The notes below the pieces were generated by a model, which did no database searches, was not told the DNA's origin, and saw only the letters and a list, made by a program, of their open reading frames with translations. This document shows, in pieces, positions 29,951 to 41,400 of a DNA stretch of 64,000 nucleotides. Origin of the DNA: the human T2T-CHM13v2.0 reference genome, Homo sapiens; the NCBI RefSeq assembly GCF_009914755.1, contig NC_060929.1. One strand, given 5' to 3'. How positions within the stretch are numbered: the first letter of the stretch is position 1; every line of letters starts with the position of its first letter. A program made the position numbers and the translations under genes.

Positions 29951-31409
29951 ACTTGTTCACTAAGTTGGATAAAGTGACTTATTTTGGTAATGTGAAAAAT
30001 AGACCTCAATAGAAACAGAAGGGCTGGCTTCACTTCCAACCAGCTCCCCAGTAGAGAGTAGGGACTGGGTTTTGACTAGGGGATTGGGTACCCCTACAGT
30101 GACATCTTGAAGACACATTCTGGTAGCCATTGCTTGACAGGCACTAGGGACAGATTTGAAGGCAGGGTGTGATAGGCTAACTATTGCTGTACTTCTAAAA
30201 TCTGAAACACATAAAACATGCTCCGAGAAAAGTGACATGAAAAGTGTGACTTATATACCAGACTGGGGCTAGAAGAATAGATGAGGAAATGAGAATCAAA
30301 TTGTGCTACCGATGGACAGAAGGTGCCATGAGGAAGGCATCATTTCATCTGCAATGCGATGCCCAGACATGTTCGATACCCTAATTATCACGAGAGGAAA
30401 TGCCAATTCTTTGTCAGCCTAAGTGATTTTCTTCCTCTGTCCCTTCCTTTATGCTCTCACAGAAATGAAGGAGAACCAAGCTGATTTGTCTCTTTCAAAA
30501 GACTGCTCCCACCAAAGACATTGAGTATCATTAGCAAGAACTGCTTCTATAGCACAATGCAAATAAAGGTAGTAAAATTCACATAACCATAGCAGACTAC
30601 ATGGTGAAATTGGATCTAATTAGCAAGTGTCAATATAGTATTTTTTTTTTTTTTTTTTGCTAACTTTAACACTTGCATCCTTTGCTATTTCAGGAAGTCT
30701 GCAGAAGATCTTCTTAGGCATGCAACCTAGAAGCTTGTACTTCCTGTTAAGTTACTTTATATTAATAAGGTAGCTTCTCTCTGAAATTCTAGTGCTAGGC
30801 AGTTCCTTAAATGACACAGAAGAAAACTTTGGCTTTTGAACAGCAAACCCAGCAGCACAGGTACTGCTACTCTGATAAGGTTAGCACAGAATGAGAGAGT
30901 GCGGCCGAGGGTGACGGGTGTAATTAAAATTATGTTCGGCTGCTGATCTGCCAGACAGATAAATTCCATAAGCACTAAATTGCACCAGTTTGAAGGGGGG
31001 GGGGTAGTTACAACTGACTGCTCATGTTTTGTTAAATACAACACTGATGTAAAGCTGGGATCCTTAAACTTTGCTGTGATTAATTAACATCTCACCAGGT
31101 TTTCAGAATAAAAGGAGCACCAACCTTTGACCTATTGAAATATTTAAAGTAATAATGCAGAACATGGGAGAAAATGACCTGCTTACTGCTATCTACCCCT
31201 CTGTGGCTCTAACATTTGAACATCTCAATCATTAAAAATAATTTCCTGCTGTATAGAGCAATTACTAGGAAGGGAGCCATCTGACATGTAAAAAAAAAAA
31301 AAAAGTAGAAGAACCACAAAGCTAGAAGGGGAAAATAAAAAAAATTGAATATCCACTGATCTCATGATATGTCAGTCATCTCTACCATGTAGTTAAGACT
31401 GGAGGCATC

Positions 31410-31930
31410 CACTATATGCTCCAGCAATTCCACTTCTGGGTATTTATCCAAAGGAACAGAAATCAGGATCTCAAAGAGACAACACTCCCATGTTCACTGC
31501 AGCACTGTTCACAAGATCCAAGATGTGGAAATAACCTAAATGCCCATGAAGAGATGAATGGAAAAATAAAATGTGGTATGTACATATAATGGATTATTAT
31601 TCAGCCTTAAAAAGAAGGAAAACTCATAATGCAGCAATGTGGATGAATCTTGAGGACATTATGCGAAGGGATGTAAACCAGTCACAGAAGGATACATACT
31701 GCATGATTCCACTTATATGAGGTATCAAAAACTGTCAGTCAAATGGATATCATCAAAGAGTGGAACAGCAGTTGCCAGGGGGAAGAGAAAATGGGGCATT
31801 ACTAATCAAAGGGCATGAAGTTTCAATTAAGTTAAGATGAATAAGCACTGGAGATCCATTGTACAACATTGTAATTATAGTCAACGATAATGTATTGAAT
31901 ACTTAAAAAGAAGGTAGACCTCATGTTAAG
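31410..31930 (+). mobile_element. L1MB-type 3' fragment, truncated before its poly(A)
   Basis: ccagcaattccacttctgggtatttatccaaagga...tactgcatgattccacttatatgagg...ggtagacctcatgttaag. Confidence 0.85.
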
Positions 31931-31935
31931 GTAGA

Positions 31936-32040
31936 TCCCTTTTCCAGGCCTTATCTCACCTGTGATGCTGCCAGAGCACAATGAAATTTTTTCAAAAAAG
32001 ACTGGCAGCATCACAGGTGAGATAAGTCCTGGAAATGGGA
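31936..32040. repeat. Near-perfect inverted repeat (39-bp arms, 2 mismatches, 27-nt spacer)
   Basis: tcccttttccaggccttatctcacctgtgatgctgccag (31936-31974) versus ctggcagcatcacaggtgagataagtcctggaaatggga (32002-32040). Confidence 0.95.
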
Positions 32041-32247
32041 CATTAACAGCAAGCCAGCAACAGTGGGAAATAATCCTACACTTGAAGCACCTGCTACATA
32101 CATTACCTCTGCCCATATCACTCCCTTCTAATAAATTCATTTAACATTTAATAGACAGATATTTCATGAGCATCCACTGTATTCTAGCTATTCTATTTAC
32201 ACAATGGTAAATAAAACATAATTCCTGTCCTCAAAAACAAAGAAGCA

Positions 32248-32362
32248 GCTGGGTGTAGTGGCTCATGCCTGTAGTCCTAGGTACCGGGGAGCTGAAGTGG
32301 TTGAGGTGGGAGGATCACTTGATCTAGCTAACACAGCAGAACCTGTTTCTAAAAGCAAAACA
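32248..32362 (+). mobile_element. FLAM/Alu monomer, degenerate
   Basis: gctgggtgtagtggctcatgcctgtagtcc...ggaggatcacttga; A-rich tail. Confidence 0.8.
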
Positions 32363-32920
32363 AAACAAGGAAGGACAAAGAGATCAGGAGAAAAATCTAA
32401 AACTGAATGAAAAGTGATACAAAGGGTACCATGAAATAAACTAGCATACCATTTTACAGATGAGATAGGTGAGATTCTGAGAGGTCAGCCAGCAATAAAA
32501 CCGAGGTTAAAATCTAAATCTGAGTCCAAACCTGTGATATTTCCAGTCCATCATGAGCCTCCTTCTAGCTGCAGGAAGGAGAAGAAACTAGTCAAGGCAG
32601 CTAGGGAGGTATTAACCCCACTCAGGAATACATTGCGAAGGAAAATTGGGCTTAAGGACTCATACAAACAAGTGAGGAGGCTGGCTTTGAGGAATGATGA
32701 AAACTATCATTAAATAGAAGGAAGGCATACAGAGAAACATGCCTGCAAGAGGCGAGATTCTATATACCTGAGGTCATCTAGCTCTCCATAGGGATGGAGG
32801 AGGACCAGGCTAGAGAAAGAACCAGACAAATAAAAACATTGGCTCAGTGTGGTCAGGAAATGGGTCTCCTTCAGTTGCAACTCATCACCACCAAGGGTAG
32901 GTAAAACAAGAATACCAGAG

Positions 32921-33350
32921 CAGTTAATTTTATGTGTCAATGTGGCTAGGCCACAGTATCCAGATGGTAAGTCAAACATTATTCTAGATGTTTCTCTGAA
33001 GGTATTTTTGTAGATGAGATTAACATTTAAGTCAGTAGACTGAGTAAAGCAGATGACTCTCCATAATGTCACTGGGCCTCATCCAATTACTCGAAGGCTT
33101 TAAAAGACTGACCTCCCCTGAAAAAGAGGGGGAATTCTGCCAGCAGATTGTCTTTGGGCTTGAAGTGCAGCATCAATTCTTCCCTGGGTCTCCAGCCTGC
33201 CAGCTCACCCTGCAGATGTTGGACTTTCCAGCTGCTATAACTGCATCAGCCAATTCCTTCAATACAATTTCCCTCTCCCTCTCCCTCTCCCTTTTTCTGT
33301 CCACACACACACCCTCTATTGGTTCTGTTTCTCTGGAGAACACTAACACA
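32921..33350 (+). mobile_element. MLT2 (ERVL) solo LTR
   Basis: gttaattttatgtgtcaa...gatgagattaacattt...gactgagtaaagcagat...ctattggttctgtttctctggagaacactaacaca. Confidence 0.88.
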
Positions 33351-33538
33351 ACCACATTAAAATACAGAACCGGCTTCAATATCCAGAAGAATCCAACCAA
33401 GCCTGGAGCACAGTCAATCCAAAGCTGCCTCCCAGGTGCTGGTCTGAGTTGCTGGGCCAAGGACCTCCACAACATTCACAGGAAACAAAAAGGAACAGCA
33501 GGCTGGATGGCTTGGTGGACTTGTTCTAGGGTGAGTAA

Positions 33539-33683
33539 TTTATTCATTCGTTTGATAAATATTTATTGAATATCTATTATGTTCCAGGCCCTGTGTCAGG
33601 TGCTGGTGAATCTAGGCTCTGATTCACCTGAATCCTGGCACAGAGTAGTCATTCAGTAAATATCCTTTAAATGAATGAATAAA
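33539..33683. mobile_element. Two L2 3' ends in opposite orientation
   Basis: attcattc...atttattgaatatctattatgttccagg (minus) and cctggcacagagtag...aaatgaatgaataaa (plus). Confidence 0.75.
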
Positions 33684-34113
33684 ATCTTCATTCTAAAATA
33701 ATTAAACTCATGTATTTTTATGATTGTTTTATTTTCTGAAAAACTCCACTGCTGATGACTAAATCAGGAACTTGGGTCAAAATACCTAGAGGACAAACAT
33801 CACCTAAAGGACCAGGTGACAGTGGCAAGAATTCCTGTGAGAGACTGAGAGTTCTGGGACCCTGCTTCACAGGCCTGAGACTTTCTCAAGCTCTTTCCAT
33901 GTTTTGAACTTGATTTTTTGTTAGGGGGAAGGAGAGATGACACACAGATAGTGCCTTCAGAGAAAAGTAGGCCCCAATTTATACAAATAATATAGCCATC
34001 ATAAGCTGTTAGGTCAGTTTTATATGAATTCAATGCTTATAAAAATCTAGTGTTAATGGAATCCCAAAGTGGCTTCTTTTGTAGAGCCAGTAATCCCCTG
34101 CCCTGTCCCAGAG

Positions 34114-34285
34114 CAGTGCTATCCAATATAACTTTGGTGATGATAGAAATGCCCTATATCATAGTGTCTGATGTGGCAGCCATTAATCATGTGTGGGCTA
34201 TTGAGTACTTGAAATGCGGCTAGTGTGACCAAGGAATTGAGCTTTTAGTTTTATTTAATTTTAATTCATTTTAATAGCCATAAAC
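34114..34285 (+). mobile_element. MER3 DNA transposon
   Basis: cagtgctatccaatataacttt...gatgatagaaatg...gctattgagtacttgaaatgcggctagtgtgaccaaggaa. Confidence 0.85.
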
Positions 34286-36089
34286 ACTCAATATCCATAT
34301 GTAGCTAGTAGCAGATACAGACTAACTGAAGGGTGTGGTAAAAGGGTGTTTTAACAGAGTAGGTCTCTCCAGGCATGGGGAGGCTTCTTCCATCAACCCC
34401 CTTGCAGAGCTTATCAGCAGTCAGTATGGCTGTAGTCCATCCTCCTGCCCCCATACACACCACCCCTTTTGCACCCCTCATTCTCTTGCACAAAAGCAGG
34501 CAGGAAGCCAAATCTCAGTAGAGACCTTGTAGCTGCACTGCTGAAAAGCCTGCTGGGCAAGGAACTGATGAGAACCACGGGGTGAACCATAAGGTGGGCA
34601 GCAGGGAGAGTGAGTGTCTATGAGGCTCTGTGGTCAGAATAAACTTACCACCCCCAAACTGCTGTGCCCTTCAGATTTCAGGAAGCCAACCTCTCCCATC
34701 CCCCCTCCAAACTGGTATAACTAAGAGGGAGGGCATTTTCCACCTTGGGGTACCCACACCTCTTGTGCTCCACTCTTTAAGTCAGGTGACTCTGACACAC
34801 CAAAGCATCCAGCTGTCAGAGTGGTGAATCTCCTCTGTGGGAGGCAAGCTGCTTCCCCAGGGACACAGGTGAAGGGCTGAAGGAGTAGAAATTACAGTAT
34901 GAGGACACATGCTCTCTGGCCACATGAAACAGAGTAGAAAAGTCACCTCAGCCAGGCTCTTACTGGGCAAAATGCTGTGTCCCAGAGGAAATGTAATTCA
35001 TAGGACTACCACTTGCAGACTCTAAATGACAGAATACAGGATCTGGCAGAGAAGGTTCACTGGAAAAAGGTATTATCCAGCACAGCAACACAGGGCCAGT
35101 GGCTTTGAGCATGTTTACCAATATGTTCAGTGGCCTCTTGGAGCAGCAGGAGTTCCTTGAGCTTGCTGCCAGCATCCCAGAGACACTGAGAGAGAATGTA
35201 TGTGTTGTTGGGGATGTTATCCCTGGGGGTGGGCTTCATATTCCAGATCACTGCTTAAGGTAGGAAGTTTACAGATGGGTCCTGGGGTAGAGAGATCAGT
35301 GAGGTCCAAACCTCCTACCTACCTACTCTAGGACTCTCTGGAAATGAGACTGCCTCAGAGAAGTGAATGACAGAACCAATGGGCAAGTGAACACATGTGA
35401 AATCTCTCCCCGAGACTCGACCCCAGAATGAGAGTGAGGCTTGGTGGGAACTAAGCCAGTTTCAAGACATTGACACATCCAGACAATGTGTCAAATAGGA
35501 AAAAAGAAAAAAGTGGTCATTATAGAACCAAGAAGAAAATGAGAGCTTGAGAGGCAAGCACTGGAAGCACCCTTTGAAGACCTCTCCCAAGGGGCTGGGA
35601 CCTCAGTCCATGGATGGTCATGTGAGCAAGACTAAACCTAAAAGCAGCCAAGGTCATCAAGCTATTTTAGCCAGGGTGGTGGTGGGGGGCTGCCTGCTTA
35701 TGGTCAACTGAGTCCCCTTGCTCTAATTCCCAGCTCACCTAACAAGCACGAATTATAATCTGGCTCTCAGAGAGCCATACCCAGAGAGTAAAACTGGCCC
35801 AGGATGTGAGTATTTTGGTCTCCATCTATTTAACAACTGTCCAGACTTGATAAGCTATCTTGGTTTTGGTTTATAGAACAGTCTTTTGAGAACTTGCTTC
35901 ATGTGACCTCATCCCTGAGAGACTGAGCCACTCTCAATGTAAAACTAAAATCAAGTTTCAGATCTGTAAAACTAAGATCCAGACAGATCCAGGCTATAAT
36001 AAATATGTCAAAGAAAAGGCCACCTTCTACAATCTTTTGTCATAACCAGCTAGACTTCCTTAATGATAAACTTATATGACTTGGTTAAT

Positions 36090-36270
36090 AACAATAATTT
36101 AAATAATCATCTTGACTGATCCTTACAAAAACCCTTGTGCGGCAATTTATTTATCCATTTTAAATAATAGGGAACTGAGACCTAGAGAAGTTAAGTAAGG
36201 CACCCAAGACTTTTTAGTGGAAGAGCTGGGATTAGGCCCTGGGTCGGCTTGGCCTTAAAGTCCTCACACG
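36090..36270 (-). mobile_element. MIR
   Basis: ggaactgagacctagagaagttaagtaa. Confidence 0.7.
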
Positions 36271-36390
36271 TGCAACTCCAACAGTGATTATCAAACTTGG
36301 TTTGGCAAGGAAGCCAGAGATCATGCTAGGGTCATGGCAAAAGCCAAGAGGAAACCAAATTTATTAGCTTCTACAGAAAGGGTACTAGAG

Positions 36391-36527
36391 GGCTAGGTAT
36401 GGTGGCTCATGCCTATAATCCCAGCCCTTTGTGGGGCTGAGGCAGAAGGATAGTTTAAGGCCAAGAGTTCATGACCAGCCTGGGTAACATAGTGAGATCC
36501 CTTCTGTATTTAACAATAATATGAAGA
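36391..36527 (+). mobile_element. FLAM_C Alu monomer
   Basis: Left-monomer sequence with perfect 16-bp TSD agaaagggtactagag (36375-36390 and 36528-36543). Confidence 0.92.
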
Positions 36528-37099
36528 AGAAAGGGTACTAGAGGAGGTTCCGTTTTGTTTACTACAAACTGGATTTGATCATCTGTTTGTTGCTCAAATT
36601 TGCCTCCCCAAGGAAGCATGCAAGGAGAAAAGAGACACATGCCTTAGAAATCATGTGGGCTGGGAGGCTTCTGCTATTTCATGAAAGCATGAGCACTTTC
36701 TGTGGGTCAAAAATGTCCCCTCTTGGACTACTGTTCAAAAGGATTTCCTTTCATGAGTTCACACACTGTATTATAAACTCTTCTTTAGACCAGCATTCTT
36801 GAGAGCAGGAACTAAAGCCTAATACACAGCCTGGCACACTTAAAAATATATACCGGGTAGAGTGATGGATGAAGTAATGTCCTGCCACTCCTGGGGATAA
36901 CAGCCATTAGCTCTTGGCCCTACGGCCATCCAAGTTACTGCTTTATGATTCATTTAGCATTTATCCAACAAACATTTATTTTTGGACAAATGAGCGGTTT
37001 AAAGGTCTGATCCAGGAGGACATAACACAGCTTAATGAACCATTAGTGACTACGCCATGGCAATTCGATGCAAGAGCAGAGGTATTAAACAAGGCCTCT

Positions 37100-37770
37100 A
37101 AGTACAAAGGACGCAAATGGCAATTTACAAAGGAAGGACTGCAGCTTGCCAAACAAAAAAGAAAAAATGTTCAACCTCACAAGTAATCAAAGCAATACAA
37201 ATTAAAATAGGAATCAATTCTGGGGGGAGGTCTAGCAACTAAGAAACACTTAAAAAATTCTGTGTCTTTTTAACTAACAACTCAGGATTAGAAAAGATGT
37301 TGGCAAATGACCAGACCATGGGAGTATGAGTTGGTAGGGCACTTTTGGGCAGATATGTTGGTAGCATGGATGGATTAAAACACCTAAAGTTATCTATACT
37401 TTTGATGTGTAATTTCATTTTAGCCATTTATCCTATCAAAGATGTGGACAAACGCCTATCTGTAATAATGCTAACAAAATATTTTGAATAGCAAAAAAAA
37501 GTCAACTTAAACCTGGCAACTAGTTAAACACATCCTATGACAGAATGCTATGCAGCCCTTTAAAATCAATTCCTCAAAAAACTGATTCGAGGGGAGTTTG
37601 TGATATATCTTAAAGTCAGAAAAGTAGGTTCCAAGGCACTACCTATAAAATCATTCCTGTTTTGTTTTAAAAAGCCATAGTTTCTGTATTTTTCTTTTCT
37701 CTACATTAAAATAATTAATATTTCCCACATGTTCAATAATACATATTTTGTAATTTTTTTAAATAGCATT
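37100..37770 (+). mobile_element. Old L1ME 3' fragment
   Basis: aaaaaatgttcaacctcacaagtaatcaaagcaatacaaattaaaa...gaatgctatgcagcc. Confidence 0.7.
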
Positions 37771-38585
37771 TAAGTCTCACAAATAAAACTAACAATAACC
37801 ACTCAAATTTGCGTGGGACTCTGTACCATTTCCTAACTCTTTTTATTCCCCACATTATCCCTGACTTGGAAAGAGAAGAAACAATACATCCGATGCTTTC
37901 TACTTATTAAATACCACCTCACACCCAGGTCCCTCATTTCATTTCAAAGGCAGAATTCTTTCCATTAAACTAAAGTTAGGTCTGCCCTGAACCAGTGTCA
38001 ATTTCCAAAATTCACCGGCTCTCATGTTGAATTTCTCTGAGTTAACATAATCCAGTGGACTTCAAAAACAGCAAATGTAATTATGCCATTTCTCTAGATG
38101 TAAATATCCCCCAATGGGAAAACCTAGCAGCTACTATATGTTTGTAATTCTAATTCTTCCCAAAGAGTTTTAAAAATTATAATATGTACAGTAAGGATGA
38201 GTTTTGTAAGTGTTTTCCCCCAGAATTATGAAAGCACATTCTTCCTTGTAAATTATACGTGGCATAACTACAGCAAGATGGGCCATGTTTTGGGTCTTGT
38301 TTCAAAGATATTCCATTTTAACACATTCCTTCTAACAAATACAAAACACTCACAGCCTGCACTGTGCAACTAACAGGAATTATCAGACCCTGTTTTTTAA
38401 CGGTAGACACCATCCAGGGAATTAATACCAAGTCCTCAAAGCCTAAGCTTTATCTCAGAAAAACTCTTTTTATCATAATCAAGAATTAAGTGGGTGGCGA
38501 AAATGACAGTGGCAAGAATGATTAACAAATGTATGGTGTACATACAGTTCTAGCTTGTGGGTGAACTATCAAAGAGGAGTTTACA

Positions 38586-38761
38586 ATATAGATACATACA
38601 CACACATACATACATATGTGTGTGTATATTATATATATGCATGTGTGTGTATATATACACACACGCATATACATAATATATAATAAAAAGAAATATATAT
38701 ATATTCCCCATATATATATAATATATAATAAAAATAAATATATAATATATACATATTCCCC
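38586..38761. repeat. Compound TA/CA low-complexity tract with an internal ~45-50 bp tandem duplication
   Basis: ataatatataataaaaa...atatattcccc occurs twice (about 38668-38709 and 38710-38761). Confidence 0.85.
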
Positions 38762-40269
38762 AGCCAGGAATGCCATTTCTTTTTTGGCATTCTCTACATC
38801 TGTCCATCTCCTCAAACTCACTAGAAACTTCTGAACAGCAAGCTACATGTCAGGAGCTCAGTACACGTTTGCTGACTCACTGGGAGTACCAATGAGAAAG
38901 ATCCTCCCCACAAACAAACAGATAAACATGTCTCATCCCAGAGGAGGAATCCCAGTAGGTTAGCGTGGCTTCATGAGTTGACAAAGAAAAGAGGATTCTC
39001 AGGTTTGGGAACAGCATAGGCAAAAGTCTAATCATTTTCACAGGACAATGAGAATGAGCCTGGTTATACCAAAAGGGAAGAATGACTATTCCATTAATCT
39101 TTTAAAAGATTAATTTGGGGCTGGGGAACAGGGGAGTGGGAAGGAGAAAAGAACAGGCAAGAAAGCTTGTGAGCAGGCAGTGCAGCGGGGAAGCTGAGAG
39201 ATGATGGTGCCAGAAAAAGGCACGAGGTAGCGTAAGTGAATAGAAGTGTGGGCTCCTGCAATGTGGAAAATGACGGTACTCACGAGAAAACCAAGGGTGA
39301 GGAAGCCCAGCAATCAGCTAAGGCAAAAGGAGAAGAGTTTGCGGAAGGAAGGAGGTGGTCAACATCCCCAAAATCTATGGAGAGAAAGTAGCTGAGGATT
39401 TAGCCATCAGGGTTGCTGTGGTGGGGGCAGGTGATGAGAAAAGGGAGGCAGTCGGTATGTTCTTCACGATGAACTCAGAAGCATGGTGGTAACGAGGTGT
39501 TCAAGACAGGAGAGACCCTAATGGACTTGAAGGCTGAGGATGGAACAGGCAGAGAAGGAGGGGGCAACAGGAAAAAGGAAGGTGGTTCACCAGGTGTAAA
39601 GGGATTCTTCTGTTCCTGTTCCTGAGAAGAAGAGATGCACAAGAACTCGGCCCTCACAGCCTCAGTGCAGCTAAATCAGGAAGAAGTGGGCCCGCTAAAT
39701 GGCTGGGGATGGGCAGAGAGGCAGGTCTAGGTCTGGACTTGGCAGGGCTGCTTCAGGGTCAGGAAGTGAGCTCAGCTCGGCTATGATGCAGCTGAATGAG
39801 AGCCCAGTGGGGGTCAGGGGAGATGAACTCCCTCGTGGCGGCCGAAGGCCTGGGTGAGGGTGGAGCAGCTGGCGATCTGCAAGAGGAGACTGGAGTCCCG
39901 GTGTGCTGCAGCCTGCAGTGTGGGAAGCATGGAAGCCTGGATGCTATGGAGCCACAATGTCAGTAAGGGCTGAACTCCACAGGAGAGGACAATGGTCTCT
40001 GAACATGCTACGTGCCTTCGAATTTGCATGCCTTTGCATTTGCTGACAAGCCTGCCTCCCTACCAAACCCCTATTCCTTTTTTCCTTTCTATTGAAATGC
40101 CCCACGTCTGTGAAGCCCAGCCCCCAAGGAAATGCAGGGCTGTTTCCTCACTGCTCTTCCTGCATGTTCATGCCATCCTTCCCTTGTCCCCGGGACTCAC
40201 CTTGCACGCTATCTGAAAGCCACTCAAATGCATGAAGGGGTCTCCCCACTGGTAGCTCTGTCTACCCCT

Positions 40270-40790
40270 CTCCCTCACCTCATTCACACTTACAAATCCT
40301 TCCAGCCTCAGATCAGGTGTCATTTCCTAATGGAAGCCCTTCTTCCCTGCTCCCACCCAAATGAGGTCAACTTCAACCACTCTTCTCTTTCATGGTACCT
40401 TGTACTTGTTCTTCAGGGCTTCTCTATGTTGTTATTAATTTTCATTTATTTTTTATTTTTTGTAGAGATGAGGGTCTCACTTTGTTGCCCAGGCTGGTCT
40501 TGAACTCCTGGCTTCAAGTGATCCTCTTGCTTGGCCTCCCAAAGTGCTGAGATTACAGGCATGAGCCACTGCTCCCCACCAGGGCTACTCCTAACACACT
40601 TAGCATATTCCTAATCACACACTGTGTTTTATAATAGTATCATCACAGTCCATGTCTCCCACTAAACTGTAAGCTCCATGAGAGCAGAACCCTTTTCTTT
40701 TTTACCATTACACTCTACCTTGTAGCACAGTGGCTGACCTCGAGTAGGCACTCAGGAAGTCCCTGTCAAATAACCAGCAGGTGAATGACT
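40270..40790 (+). mobile_element. L2 3' fragment hosting a FLAM
   Basis: tccttccagcctcagatcaggtgtcattt...ctaaactgtaagctccatgagagcag...gtaggcactcag. Confidence 0.75.
40435..40580 (-). mobile_element. FLAM_C Alu monomer
   Basis: gtagagatgagggtctcac...gaactcctggcttcaagtgatcc...cccaaagtgctgagattacaggcatgagccac. Confidence 0.9.
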
Positions 40791-41189
40791 TGGACTCCAA
40801 TAGCCATGTGCTGCATTCTCTCCTGCCCTGGAGGACAGGCTGCTCAGGGTCTACCATGCAGTAAGTCCCTGCCCTCAAGGAGCCCTTGACCTAGGGAGAG
40901 AGACAAATGAAACCAAGCTTTTCAACAGAGAGTGAAGAATGCTGTGCGAGTACCATGTACAGTGCCGAGGGGAAATCTCCACCCACTTATTGGTGGGGTC
41001 CTACCAGGTGCCAAAGTTGCTGGAGACACTTCACCAAGATGACCTCATGCAGCTCCTCATAATACCCCTACAGTGAGCCAAGGGATGGCATTCTCCGAGG
41101 CAGAGCTGTAAATCCCTACAGGCAGCTGTTGGTGGTGAGAACCCCTTGCACCCATTGCTGTGATGATGGCAGATGGCATGACGGTGCAC

Positions 41190-41400
41190 TCACTGTATTC
41201 CAAGCCCTATATAAAATATTTCACAGACATCATCTCCTGGCTTTGTCACACTCCATGGGCTCAGCATTATCAATAAGCCTGTTTTATAGCACAGAAAACT
41301 CGGGTTGTCTCAGAGAGGTTAAATGATTTGTCCATCCTGAGGCTAGGAGGTAGCAGAACTAGGAATGAAACCTAGGTGTGCGGAGTTCCAGAGTGAACTA
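41190..41400 (-). mobile_element. MIR
   Basis: ctcagagaggttaaatgatttgtcc. Confidence 0.65.

Noticed and set aside
33066-33569. 167-aa plus-strand ORF
   Set aside because: Lies largely in the MLT2 LTR and a CT-rich tract; no protein family resemblance
33817-38519. Exact 16-mer tgacagtggcaagaat at ~33817 and ~38504
   Set aside because: One 16-mer match is about what chance gives in 64 kb, and the flanks are unrelated
38522-38834. Tyr/Ile-rich ORFs
   Set aside because: Translations of the TA/CA microsatellite
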